Shown here: in pieces, positions 14,600 to 28,062 of the stretch
Layout of the letters: each line of letters starts with the position of its first letter
Numbering within the stretch: the stretch's first letter is position 1
From: Felis catus
Lineage: Eukaryota
Assembly: GCF_018350175.1 (NCBI RefSeq)
Contig: NC_058368.1
Location: forward strand, 99,140,001-99,204,000
Direction: 5' to 3'
Length of the DNA stretch: 64,000 nucleotides
Made by a program: the position numbers and the translations under genes
Notes under the pieces: generated by a model
The model's input: only the letters and a program-made list of their open reading frames with translations
Told to the model about the DNA's origin: nothing
The model's database searches: none

Positions 14600-15480
14600 A
14601 TGGGGAATGATAACAGAAACATGAATCAAGGTAAGACATTAAAAGTATTGATTGGAAATACTGAATCTGAAAAATAATATAGTTGATGAAAAAAACAACT
14701 CCACAGAGAAGTTGAATTGCAGAATGGATACGACCCAGGAACACATATGTGAACTAAGAGAAAAGATAAAATAACTCTGCCATAGCAAATACAGTGCCTC
14801 AGGATCAGGATGGGATTTATTCTAAAAATATAGGTGTTATTCAATATTAAAAAGCATAATAGTAAAATTCACCATATTATGTCCCAAGATAAATCCCACA
14901 TGATAAATCTCCATAGATGCTGAAAAAGTGTGTCATAAAATTTAGCATCTTTTTGATTTTCAAATGATTAAATAAAAATTAAAATTGGTTAATATTTCCT
15001 TAACATGATAAAATATTTATCTTGACTTAAAATCCAACAATTTAGGGAGAAAAATGAGATACTCCTCCTATGATAAAAAATACAAAAATGTTCACCATTA
15101 TCTTTACTACTTACATTTTATTTGAAGTATTAACTAATACAATTAGCCAAGTTAAATATGTTAGAAAAGCAAGAATTGTGGGCTAAGGTATACATAAAAT
15201 TAACATATATATCAATCATCTTCACATGTAAAAGCATCTCTCTAGACAATATATTGAAGAGTATACCCCATTTAAAATGACAAAGTAAAATAAAATACCT
15301 TTAAATAGTCTTAACTAGAGTTAGTTAGGTGAGAAAAATTATAATTGTTCTGAAGGAACCAAAAATCAAAAGGAGACTTGAAAAAATGACAATGCTTTCA
15401 GTATTTGGGGATATGTAGATTTAACATCAAAAAGATATCAATTATCTCTAACTTTATTTATAAATGTAACACCAACCTGA
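14600..15480 (+). mobile_element. Degraded ancient L1 ORF2 fragments
   Basis: gggatttattcta...ttattcaatattaaaaa...catgataaatctccatagatgctgaaaaag corresponds to the ORF2 GFIP...FNIRKS...MIISIDAEKA region. Confidence 0.7.
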
Positions 15481-16221
15481 TAAATACACCAAATGAGTTC
15501 TTTGATTTTTCTCTCTAGCACTATCGCAGCTCAGGGGACACTGGGTAGGAGAGAAAGCAGTGTCCACTTGAGAGGCCGTGGAAGAAGCAATGTCATCAAG
15601 GTGATGGACGCGTAGCACACGAGGAGGGAGTTGGGGACACATAGTGAGGTGGTGTCAGTGGGGCACTCCAGAAGGCTCACTGAAGGGGATTTTAGGAAAT
15701 AAAGAAGCTGCAAATAGCAGTATGAGGATGCTGAATGGTATGTTGTAGAGAGAGATTTTTGACAATAGAAAAGTATTTGGGATCTAATTTTCTCCTGGAG
15801 ATATGCTAATATCCCTCCAAAGTTGAGGTTATTCTAGACATAACAGTGATTGTCAAGAAGGAGGTGGAGTAGGAGGAACTGTCCATCACTTATCCCAAGC
15901 ATGTATGGTGGCTTACCTGCATCAATTTGGAGTGCTATGTGATCAAGGGCAATCACTTTAAAAGTCCTCTGAGTGGGCACTTGTCACAGAGCCGCTGAGC
16001 TCTTAGTGATACTACTGATGAGAATGGGGAAGCTACAAAGGTGAAACATCATCTTGAGGTAAAATAATACTTCATGAGAGTAAAAGAAAAGTTGGTATTT
16101 GTTGTGGCAGTGTTCACCTTTACCTAATCTCTGTACTCCTGGAAAATAGCAATGATAAGGAAACTCCCTCTTTTTTTGTATTCCAGGCAACAGCTCAATG
16201 CAAAGAACCACCCTTCTCTGT

Positions 16222-16484
16222 ATGACATAGATAACTCTTGGGATGTTCCCCTAGATTCCCCGTGACAAACCTAGCCACAAATATTCTAAATCCCCACTCT
16301 TTGTTTAGTGAACGATTACCTGCCCTGCTTATTCTCACTGGTCAATCTGAACATGTGACCACTAAAATTTAGTTAGACTTTTCTTCTCCCCTCTAAACTC
16401 TGACTTGTTCCTGAGGTTCTTCCAAGCACTGGATCATGAAACATCTCTTCTTTATGGTCTCTCCTGAGAATTAGGACCAAAAAT

Positions 16485-16526
<42 letters not shown>

Positions 16527-16735
16527 TTCTCCTTGCTCAACTGTCTGATCATGTCACCTGTTCATCACCACCCCCCACCTCATTCCTCATAGCCTTGTTT
16601 GCTCCTCCCTGAAAATGTCCTTTCTGTCTGATCTTCAAGACTCTTAGCAGATGGTGAGAGCATTCTCTAAGTGCAAGAGTCATCCTTCATGACATTTTCC
16701 TTACTAATGTCTGGACTTGGATGTTTTCTTTGACA
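16222..16735. mobile_element. Old ERV-type LTR containing (CA)n at ~16488-16522
   Basis: TG...CA bounded, ends ttttctttgaca; resembles MER31/67-like LTRs from recall. Confidence 0.45.
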
Positions 16736-17024
16736 CTTTATAAATCTTGTTTTGTTTTTCTCATTGACATCTGTGGTGGTGCTTATTCACCTCAAGTGGA
16801 ATCTGAAGGGTGACCAAGACCATGAGAGAACTGCAGATCCACACTTGAGGCTTACCTGAAGGGTGATGGGAGGTAACAACTGACAGTGGAAGTAATGAGG
16901 TAGTTGAGAATTTCAGAAGAGTTTGCAAGGAGAGCAGAATAGACTTTGGACTAGAACCCTTAAGCATATTAGATATTTGAGGAAAACCAAGAAATCTTAG
17001 TACCCTTAATTTTCAAACATTACA

Positions 17025-17340
17025 GGTGTGGGGGCATCAGCCCTCTTGTAGTGGAAAGCTCAGGTACAACTTTTGAGTCACCCCCCCCAAAAGAAACTTA
17101 ACTACTATTGACTGTAGTATTAACTGGAAGCCTTACCGATGACATGAACAGTCAATTAACACATATTTTATATGTTGCACATATTCTGTATTGTATTCTT
17201 ATAATAAAGTGAGCTAGATAAAAGTAAATGTTAATAAGAAAACTGTAAGGAAGAGAAAAAATACATTTACAGTACTGTTATATTTACAAAAAGATCTCTG
17301 TATGAGTGAATCTGTACAATTCAAACTCATGTTCAAGTAT
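17025..17340. mobile_element. Tigger2/MER28-like DNA transposon remnant
   Basis: aaacttaactacta...ggaagccttaccgat...acagtcaattaacacatattt...aataaagtgagctaga. Confidence 0.75.
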
Positions 17341-18348
17341 ATAGTGAAAGCAATAAACTAAATCTTTCCTTTTCTCTTCATCCTCTTCTTCCTCCCTGAC
17401 CTCCCTGCCTTCTCCTCTTTCTCCTTCCGATTAACTCCATGAATAACTAGGCTTAATATAAAGAAATCCTTAAGAAGTACTATGATACAGTGTAAAGAGC
17501 ACTAGAAATTAAGGAATTTGGAATCTTCTCCTATTTTAACAATAAATATTACTTTGACACTGAAAGTAATTTGATTTATTCATCTGTTAAATAAAAGGAG
17601 TAGAAAAAAAATAAAAGGAGTGAATTTGATATTGTTCACAGAAACATCTGAAATGAAGTCGAGAATACCAAGAGGCCATAAAATGGAGCCAGAAGACCAC
17701 TGGGGAGGTTAGTCTTAGGCTCTTCCATACTTGGATGGAATATGAACTTTTAGAATGTGCCAACCACAAAAGTACATCTTGTTGGAATTCTCAGAATGAG
17801 GCTTAATTTGCTGTATTTCAGCCCAGCATTTAGCATAGTAACCTAGCCTATATGGATCAACCTTAATTATCTTTACCTATCAGTCGTAATTTTTTCAGAA
17901 TAACTTACACAAGCATATGGTTTTTGCCTTTATAAATTCTGTCTTTCTCCTCCCCTTTAGAACACATTTCAGTTTCCTCCTCAATCTGTATTTCCCCAAT
18001 TTGAATTCCCAAAGACCCCAAATGAACTTTTGGTTAGCTTTGTCACCTAAATTCTTTTTTCTTCAAGGTGTCATCTGTCTAAACATCTAAAAATCAGAAT
18101 TCTGCTTTGTCTTCCACAGGATTCAATGACTTTTGTAAAGAATGAAAAGGATGCTAAGAAGCCGCTGTTAGAACTTTAAAAGATGCAATGCAAAATGTTA
18201 CTGAAGTCATTCAAGAATACTTCAGAAGAAAATTATTCCAAGGCCAAGCAAATTATTATGATTATAATGCGAGTAAAGAATGGTGTGAAGTAATTATTAT
18301 CAATGACAAAAAATGAAAAGAAACCAGACTTTTGACAAAGAAACCAGT

Positions 18349-18651
18349 TATTTATTTATTTATTTATTTATTTATTATGAAATTTATTGCCAAATTGGTT
18401 TCCATACAACACGAAGTGCTCATCCCAACAGGTGCCCTCCTTAATGCCCATCACCCACCCTCCCCTCCCTCCTACCCCCCATCAACCCTCAGTTTATTCT
18501 CAGTTTTTAAGAGTCTCTTATGGTTTGGCTCCCTCACTCTTTTTTTCCCTTCCCCTCCCCCATGATCTTCTGTTAAATTTCTCAGGATCCACATAAGAGT
18601 GAAACCAGATGGAACTGGAAAGTGTTATGCTAAGTGAAATAAATCATACAG
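18349..18651 (-). mobile_element. Short feline-type L1 insertion, 5'-truncated and 5'-inverted
   Basis: (TTTA)n tail plus reverse L1 3' UTR to ~18608, then forward ORF2-end fragment atggaactggaaagtgttatgctaagtgaaataaatcatacag (MELESVMLSEINHT); TSD agaaaccagt at 18339-18348 and 18652-18661. Confidence 0.88.
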
Positions 18652-20605
18652 AGAAACCAGTAAATAATTTAAAAGAAAAAAATAGCCAAGATGGAACTTG
18701 AGCCCAAATCAGTGCATATTCCAAATTCTCCATAAAGCCTTCTGAAAAAGATAGTGTAGTTCCTCCTGAACTCCAGGATATACCTGCTGACCTCAAAATG
18801 AAAACATTTAGTGAAATTAAAAAAAAAAAAACAGCCTCATAGCCCTCATGGTAGTAGGGAATGATGCAGAGTAATTATATGAAGAAGAAAAGTTTTACAG
18901 TCCTCCATGTCTGAGGATGGTGATATGTTAGTAGTAATGGCTTCTTCATTGGGAAAGTCATTTTTCATTATAAAAGAAGAGAGTGGTTACCCTTCTTCAA
19001 TTAAGGAGCAAAAAGGCCCCAAGGAGTGTTACCTGAAAAAGATACCTTTGAAACCTATTGGGTTATAAGAAATGGCAACAACTCTTCATGTCAGGAGGTT
19101 TGAATCCATGCTTTCCCATTCTTTCTCTGGATCCAGAAGCTCTAGGAAAAATGACAGTGAACAACTGTTTCTGAAAAGCAAACTGCACTTTTTCCTCAAA
19201 ATGAACCTTAGATCAAGAATCTGTTTCTTTAAGATCGTAAAGCAGTTATAGCTCCCCCTTCCTTGTTTATGGGAAGCAAGCAAGAGGTGGAAGGAATAGC
19301 CATTCAACATTGTTTTGTTAGGGGAAGAATGTGCATGTGATGATTGATTAGTGAACTCTTTGTGAACATTTCTGTCTAAAATTACTTTTCTTTCTCTTTT
19401 TTTTTCACTAGTCTATTATTTAAATGTATATTTGACTGTCTTTGGGCTGGTTATAAAAATGTTTGTTTTCGTCTCTGTTTTTCCTTTTAAAGTGTATTCA
19501 GGTTATGTTTACATAAGGCTTTCACAAACCAAGTATATATTTAAATTCATTTGTAATATGCTGCAGAATATTTTCTCTATGAAATAATTTGGAGTTTATA
19601 ATTATCTTATGTTTCTCATCTGTGCTTACCATGAAATGCATTTCACTGGATCAGCTCTGTTTTTGCTTGGAAATAAATGTCAAGATATATTTAAAATGAT
19701 AATAGAATATTATGAGGAAATTGTAGCAATTAAAAATAGATCACCTTTATTAAAAGTTGTTATTGTTAGCAAAACCTGGCTACACTTCTATCATGGATGT
19801 ACAGATAATAAATTGTACAAACTAAAGTACTTTTTAATCATAGTTTAAAAAATAAATAAAATAGATCCCCCAAGAAATCTCAAATGTTGGCATCAGGCAG
19901 TTAGCCCTTATGCCTCTGTTAAAAGATTTATGTTTGCAAACCATCTGTTGGTTAGTAACTACTTTCTCCTGGGGTGATTCAGTTAGTTTATTAAAAACTT
20001 GTAGAACCTTACTTTTTCCTATTATGCAAACTCCCATAAAGGAACTTAACTACAGGTAATTTGACAAAATGAAATGTTAAATGTCCTTTTATCACCATAG
20101 GAAGAAATGTTTTTATCACCACAGGTAGTAAAAGACAGCCAATGCCAGACAACGTATAACTTTTTGCATCTAATCTGTCAGAGCACCCATTTTAAAGTGC
20201 ATTTAAATGATAATGGAAACATATTCATCAAAGCACAATGCCAATTTTCAAGAGAATTTTAGAAAAGCAGTACTTTCATCAGATTGTCAAAAGCAAATGA
20301 GAATTGCCATTTTGGACTAATAAAGGAGAACAGAGAGGGGAAATTGACTTAAATGACTAGCATCATTAAAATTAAGTAGGATGTGAAAATATTTAAACAG
20401 AATAAGTGCTGAAAGTAAATTAGCTATTTCAAATGTCTTCAGTTTGCATTTGCCCGATTTTCAGTGCTAAACCTGACGTTTTGACTTAGATTTGTAATTC
20501 TGTATACCCATCTTATATGAAAACACTCAGCATACAGTCAACTCTTGACGCATATTTATTGAGTGTTAGCAATCATCCAAGAAGTATATTAAAATTTTTA
20601 TCACT

Positions 20606-20802
20606 GGGGTGCCTGGGTGGTTCAGTAGGTTGAGCGCCCCCCAACTCTTGACTTTGGTCATGATCTCAGGGTTTGTGAGTTCAAGCCCCACAGTGGGCTC
20701 TATGCTGACAGCCTGCTTGGAATTCTGTTTCCCTCTCTCTCTGCCCCTTCTCTGCTTGCTGTCTGTCTCTCTCTCAAAATAAATATAACCTTAAAAAAAA
20801 AA
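20606..20802 (+). mobile_element. Can-SINE
   Basis: ggggtgcctgggtgg head, A tail. Confidence 0.92.
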
Positions 20803-20854
20803 GACTTTGATCACTTAATCTTCATATCAATAAGATTGGCACCATATTTTCTTA

Positions 20855-20995
20855 ATTTTTTTCCAATGTTTATTTATTTTTGAGAGACAGCATGAGCAGG
20901 GAAGGGGCAGAGAGAGAGAGAGGGAGACACAGAATTCAAAGCAGGCTCCAGGCTCTGAGCTGTCAGCACAGAGCCCGACACGGGGCTTGAACTTA
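20855..20995 (-). mobile_element. Can-SINE lacking its 5' head
   Basis: tttatttattttgagagacag...gcaggctccaggctctgagctgtcagcacagagcccga. Confidence 0.9.
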
Positions 20996-22018
20996 TGCTC
21001 TTAAACTGCTCTGCCTTACAGTCATAAGTCTGACTCAAGCGAGGTCATTACAGGAATTAACCTCACTCATCGCATTTCCTTCAAGCTACACATTCACTAT
21101 GGCGTAATGGCAGAACTGAAAGGAGAAAATTGGAGGCAGGGTAGGGATATCAGCCCTCTCTCACATCCGTCTTGCTTACTCTATCCTCTGATGTTCGTTC
21201 CACCTTGCACCAGTTGTCAGAGGCAAAGGCGTTCAAATAGATAAAAATTGAAGAGGCTAACTCACATCCTTCTTTTCGCTTTCTCTTTTTCTTCCTTGTA
21301 CTTACCCTCACACTTCTTTTTGGATAGCTTTGCATCGGTAGGAAGACTTGTTAACAGTAGGGTGTGACATTTATTATTTAAGCTTCCTCTTGAGAGCTGG
21401 TGTGAAGCAAGTGCTATTCTAGTCAGTGTCTTTGACCTCTACAAAAATCTGCTTTTTGGGCGTGTTAAAAAGATAAGCATTGTTAAAACTCCTGTGGCTG
21501 GTTCATTAAGTCACAATTTCCACTGATATATTAACCTGCTAAGTAATGGCTGTAGTAAGCTTACAGTGTATTAAGAGCAGCATTCAAAACAAAATACAGC
21601 CTCTCCTAGTTTAAGGAAAAACTAATTTCATTTCATGTTAATTTAGCAGAAAGACTTTTTCCATACTCACAAAGTTCTATGACCAAGCAGATTGCTTAAC
21701 TGTCTGAAGCATTCTTAACCTTTCTCTTTATATATTATGAGTCCGATCCATTCTTTTGTGAGAAGAGATTATGGATGGAAATGAGTTTTAAAGTTAAAAT
21801 ATTCTCTGTTGGAATAGATACGTTTTATTAGAAGAAACATTGTTTTGCCAGTTAATTTAAGTCAGGTAATTAAAGCCAGAGAAAACCGCAATGCACTTCT
21901 GATTATCTGAATTTATTCATTATGATTCACTTATAGATTTATTATTTTTTTGCAATAAATCTAAAAGGTCTAACTGTTCCTGATATTAGAGTTAGAGCAA
22001 TTAAGAAGGTAGGTCACA

Positions 22019-22220
22019 GGGGCGCCTGGGTGGCTTAGTTAAGCATCTGACTTCGGCTCAGGTCGTGATCTCACAACTTGTGAGTTTGAGCCCCATGTCA
22101 GGCTCTGTGCTGACAGCTCAGAGCCTGGAGACTGCTTCAGATTCTGTGTCTCCCTCTCTGGCCCTCTTCTGCTGGCGCTCTGTCTCTGTTTCTCAAAAAT
22201 AAATAAATGTTTAAAAAAAT
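22019..22220 (+). mobile_element. Can-SINE
   Basis: ggggcgcctgggtggct head, aaaataaataaatgttt-A tail. Confidence 0.95.
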
Positions 22221-24415
22221 AATAGAAAAGCTAGATCATAGTTCCAGCTCTTATAGGGTTTACATTTTGCTGGATAATTTCTTGAGGATATATTTTCCCA
22301 TTAAAGGTTCAGTAGGAGTTAATTTAGCCTTGACTCACCCAACTCTGTATAATTCTGGCTGTCCATTTAAAAGAATTTGTGCCATGGCCTGAATTACTAT
22401 TAAGTGTTACAGGGCCTGTGTAAACAAACAAACAAACATTGTTGACCTGTGAGACTGTCTTCAGGACAGGTACATCATGGGGTTGCCAGTTACATAATTA
22501 TATGCATTTCACTCTCACTGGATCATGTACCAGATTAAGTAGATTAGCGATGTTACTGAATGTGTTTGCTGTTCCTTTGTTGATTATTTTTTGTTGAAAT
22601 CTTCCATAATTGTTATCCATTATCACACAAATTCTGTCTTGTATTTATAAGAGCACAGTCACATAAAAGTGTTTTTTAGGAGTATTATGTTCCTTTAAAA
22701 CTTGGAGACTTTGAATGATATTGTTATTAAGCAAAAGTACTTTGAAAAGAGGAAGTACTCAGAGAAAGGAATGCTAAAGGAATTATCCAGTTTGCAAACT
22801 TTTTTTCCCCAGATTTACATTGTCTTTAACTTTTAGGGTGAGCTTAGTATAAGTAATACATATTAAAATGGGACCTCAAAAGTTCTTGAAAATTATGTTT
22901 TAAAATTATTCAAAATTACTCAAATGTAACCATTTTCCACATTTGTTGGATATCAAACTAGTTGAATACCCTCATTTATACCTGTATACAAGTAGATCAG
23001 TAGATGGATGGATACATAAATGAATGGATGGATGGATGGATGGAAAGAGGAACAGAAGTTATTTTGCAGAAAACGAATTGTACTATAGTTATTAAAAAAT
23101 TAAACTAGGTATACTTGAACTTATCAAAAATGAAATATGAATGAAGCTAACAATGTTGATCTGTAAATGTTCCATAAACACAAATGTAGTAATATTTAAA
23201 ATACCCCTATGACTAAGAATAAAAACTTTAAAAATGTTGAGATAGGTATGAATTTAAGTTTCACTCTTAGATAGTATCCATTTAATCCTGCCATTAAAGA
23301 TAAAAGTAGCCCATCTGTACTCCCCTTTTCTCTCTCTGTTTTTTAGATTTTGTAGCTATTTCTGTTCTGCATTCTCTTCTGTAACTGTAATCTTTGCGCT
23401 TGCTTTATTTTATTTTTATACTTCAATGGATTCATTGCTCTTCCCCAAACAATTATACCATATCCATTGTATTTAGGGGACTTTTAAAATGTCATCTCTG
23501 GGTTGGCTGGATTTCATCATCATGTTAATTTTTTTTGTATGCCTTTTCAATTAAGGCTCATGGATGATATATTTTTGAGAATTCTATTGGCTCTTAAAAT
23601 GTTATAATTACGTGTGGCTTTTTTTTTCTTTTTTTGCTTGCAAGAAGACAGTGAACACTCACTACCATGTGAGAGATGTGCACACAGAAATTCCTCAATT
23701 GGGAGACTTAAAGTTGACCAAGCAGCCATATATTGTACTAACTACAGTAACAGTGAAGCCCCAGATGTTGTATGAGTTTTCAAGAGTGAGAAGAGTTTGG
23801 GCACAAGCACAGAGATCAGACACAATCGTGCAGAGGTACCATCGAAATTTGGCCAGTCTGGGAGCACATGGTAAGACACCACCGGGTGACAGGAAGTCAG
23901 GGGCAGGCTCTTGACAGCCCTGAAACCCAAACTTTATTCAGAAGGAATGGTATAGTAAAACTATTATTTTCATATAGTTCTCACCCCACTCCTGTCCCCA
24001 CCCTCAGTTGTTTACTGTCAAAATTCTCCTGTCTTTTGGCATGGAGTATTCCATTTGTCCTTTTCTCACGGCATTGGAATTGGCTCTATCACAGAGCTGA
24101 CTTTTCCAGGCATGGCTCTTAACAGCACACATCTTTCTGAAAAAAAAAAAATTGATACACTTTTGACCATGTCTGCCAGTTGCTCTTGCACTTCAAAACA
24201 ACTTGGCTACAAATACTATCACAGTTTCACACCTTCTTTCTTTCAGTATCTGGGGGTACTCTTCTATTTTCAAGCACTAGGTGTCGCTCTATGGAATGGG
24301 GAAGCCAGCTTCCTGTTTGCCCCTCTCAAGTGACTTGCTCCTTCTCTTAGAATACCTGAAGAATTTTGCTTGTTCCTTTTATCCTTTAAGATTATATATG
24401 TCTTTTATACATTTG

Positions 24416-24964
24416 TGTGTGTGTATGTGTATATATTTATATACACATATATACACATATGTATATGTGTATATATATACATATATGTACATATATACAC
24501 ATATATGTACATATATATGTACATATACTATATATGTACATATAACATATATGTATATTATGTATATATACATATAATATATGTATACATATATACGTAT
24601 ATATGTATATATATGTGTATATATTTATATACATATATATACACATAAGTATATGTATATATATGTACATATATGTACATATATATACATATATATGTAC
24701 ATATATACATATATGTACATATAATATATATACATATATACGTATATATGTACATATAATATATATGTACATATAACATATATGTATATATGTATATTAC
24801 GTATATATACATATAATACATATATGTATACATATATACGTATATATGTACATATAATATATGTGTACATATAACATATATGTATATATACATATATGTT
24901 ATATGTACACATGTTATATATATACATGTATATATTATATGTACATATATATGTATATATATAT
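24416..24964. repeat. Complex (TA)/(TACA)/(TATG) low-complexity repeat, ~550 bp
   Basis: Read directly; source of the spurious Y/I/M/C-rich ORFs. Confidence 0.97.
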
Positions 24965-25689
24965 AACTGGGGTTTATAAATTCCTGTAAGGCTCTCAATT
25001 TTTTTTTTTTTTTTTTTTGGAAAAAATGTGTACTCTTCCTTTGTGGTTCCATTCTTTCTGTATTCTAGGGATATTTTACTGTATTATATCTTGAATAACT
25101 GTCTGCTTTATTTGTTAACCTCTTTATAATTATGTATCATCATTTAGCCTTTTTATATCCATTGTCTTCTAGTTAATTACCTATTTCTCTCTTCCCTTTA
25201 CACTTAAGTCAAGATGCCAGTTTTTCAATTTAAAACCTTATTTCTTTCTGGTTCTCCTTTGTTTACTTACCCTGTTTTGACCTTGTTTAGAGTCTTTGCT
25301 TTTTCCTCAGCTCTGAATTCTCCATTTTTATATCTTTGCATTGACAATGACATCTTGTCTTAGAGCTCTCGTTTTATTAAATCTAGTTGTTTAAATTCTA
25401 CAGCATGGAGAAATCTCGTGTAATTCTTCTTCTGTTCCTTGGGTTATGTTTAATGTCCCACTTGGGGTTGTTCCTATATTTTGTCCTGCTTTGTTTTACT
25501 CAATAGATATCCACTGTTGGTGTGTCTTTTTTTCCCCTATTGCTCTTGTTTCATTTAGGGTTTGTATTCTTACCTCACTATATTTTACTTTAGGTGAATT
25601 TACTCTCACATGCTTTGTTTTTGTCTTTCTCTGATAGCTGAAATATTCATTCTCCCTGCCCTGGAAGAAAATGTCAAACCCCTCCCACC

Positions 25690-25913
25690 ACCCATCCCTA
25701 GAACCTCTGAATAGGTTACTCCAAGTGTCAAAAGAGCCTTTGTAGAAGGGATTAAATTAAAGGTTTTGAAATGGGAAGGTATTCTGGATAACCTGTGTGG
25801 GACTCATGTAATCACAAGAATCATTAGTAGAGGGAGATGGGAGAGTGATAGAACAGAAATGAGACAGTGGAAACATATTGAAGTGCTATATTTTCTTTTT
25901 AAATAATTATTTA

Positions 25914-25951
<38 letters not shown>

Positions 25952-26363
25952 CACAAGCAGGAGAGGAGCAGAGAGAGAGGAAGACAGAATCCGAAGCAGG
26001 CTCCAAGCTCTGAGCTGTCAGCACAGATCCCTATGTGGGGCTTGAAATCACAGACCAGGAGATCATGACCTGAGCGGAAGTCAGATGCTTAACTGACTGA
26101 GCCACCCAGGTACCCCTGAAGTGGTATGTTTTGAAGATGAAGGGAGGGAGCAAGATCCAAAGAATTCAGGCAACTTCTAAAGCCCGGAGGAGAAAAGAGA
26201 GCAGATTCTCTCCTGGAGCCTCCAGACAGAACCGAAAACCTTGATTTCAGGATGTAAAACCCATATTGAACTTCTGTCCTCCAGAACTGTAAGATAATAC
26301 ATTTGTATTTTAAGCTACCAGGTTTATGGTAATTTGCCGTAGCAGCAAAAGGAAACTAATACA
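25690..26363 (+). mobile_element. MLT1 (C/D-like) LTR split by a SINE
   Basis: gattctctcctggagcctccaga...cctccagaactgtaagataatacatttg...gcagcaaaaggaaactaataca. Confidence 0.85.
25890..26116 (-). mobile_element. Can-SINE inserted in MLT1
   Basis: TSD tgaagtgctatatttt / tgaagtggtatgtttt. Confidence 0.95.
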
Positions 26364-27835
26364 GTAAAGAATCTTCAGAACAATTCTTTCTCTTGGATCT
26401 AGACATAATCTGAGGCATTTTACTTTTGGGTGAAATTACTCTTTTTTTTTCTTCCAAAAAGTATTGACTGTTGAGTTCATAATTCTGCTTAGTAACTAGT
26501 CTGGTTAAGGAAGTACTTGTGATAATTTGATTGCATTATATTTTCTTTTTATCTCTGATCACATTCTTCCCTGTAGTCATATATTTTAAGGGGCATGACT
26601 TATACCCTTGGAAATTAATTCTGTCACATGTACCTATCATACTTTGCTTGCCCTTTCTTCTTGAGTTGGAAACTAAAGTAAACAAAAATTAGCGCTCCCT
26701 GCTGGTATATATAGTGCCATGAGTATCGCTCTTGTAATGACCTCTTTATGGAATGAAATTGTAGACTTGTGGAGTAAATGCTTATTTAATTTTACAAAAT
26801 ATTGACTAATTGTTCTTCACCATGGCTACATAAGTCATTTTAGATCATGAGGATTCCTTTTTTTACCCATATCTTTATAATCATTTTTTTACCAATTTTT
26901 TTACTATTTTTTTTACCAATATGATACATGTAAAATAGTATCTAATTTTTGTTTTGCTAACAAGGCTGAGCATTTCTTGATAAATGTGCCTGCCATTCAG
27001 TGGCTGTAAGAGGCTGAGCCCCTGGTGAGTGAGGGGAATGTGCAGAGGCAGTGCCTACTGGGACCAAAGAAGACAGAAGGAGGCCATAGATTATGGCCTG
27101 GTTTTAGTCCAGCTGCTGTGGTAGAAGTAAATACAGATTGTCCCTACGGGAGGGGGTGTATGCAGTGGTAGATGGGAGATAGGATGGAGCTAACCACAGA
27201 GTTCAAACCCTATACAGAGCCCCGCTCCTTCCAGAGGACATAGACTGGGGCCTGGAACAGTAGCCTGTAGAATGAGACCTTCATGCTTGAGGACAAGCTT
27301 CATTATGTCATCCAGGGAATGTAAATGTAATCCAAGGGCTTAACTTTCCCCAAATCTCTTGGGAAATAATTAGAAAAAAGAGTAGCAAAAGAGACAACGG
27401 CTTGTTGTCACAATACATAAGACTATTCCCGGGAGTGGGGAATGTCAATACATTTTAGGGTTGTATAGGATTATGAGATGTCCTCAACTGCATATGTATA
27501 TACCAACATATACCTTACATATAACCATTTCACATAAGTTAAATAGTACTGCTAATAAGATCTAATGTCAACTCTTTTCTACCATTCAGACCTAGTTCTC
27601 TCAGGTACGATTTTAATATCTTCTACATGGGGAGATTTAGTAATGCGGTTACTGTAGATACATAAAAGAATGTTCTTTGTTTGATCCAAGTCATGTCTAG
27701 TTTTGATATCAAGTGCAAAGTTCACAAATTCAAGCCACTGATGGGGTTTTCACTGGGGGGAAAGCAATTGCTCTAGTCAGTGGGTCATGGCACTCCTTCT
27801 GTCCTGTGAGTACCAGCTGTGTCCCTGGGGTGCAC

Positions 27836-28045
27836 TGATGTAACGCATAGGTCACAGAATTCTGATGCTGACTTGCATCATAATAGTCCTGATGGTGTAC
27901 TGAGCACTGGTCAAGACAGTGATTTAGTGAGGAGGTAACTTCTCAAGTGAGTTGTTGTTCTTGAATATACTGATTTGATTCTCTGTTATTTTCCACTGAC
28001 TCTCTGAGAGCAGAGTTTCAGGGAGAAAGGTATTGATTTGAGTCA
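27836..28045 (+). promoter_or_regulatory. Putative proximal promoter motifs of the FAM170A-like gene
   Basis: TGATGTAA (27836-27843), AGGTCA half-site (27849-27854), TTGCATCA ATF/CEBP-type site (27873-27880), TGAGTCA (28039-28045). Motif matches only. Confidence 0.25.
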
Positions 28046-28062
28046 CTCTGAAGAGGTGAACC

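Noticed and set aside
24281..25052. Several 64-164 aa Y/I/M/C-rich ORFs on both strands
   Set aside because: Translation of the TA-rich repeat.
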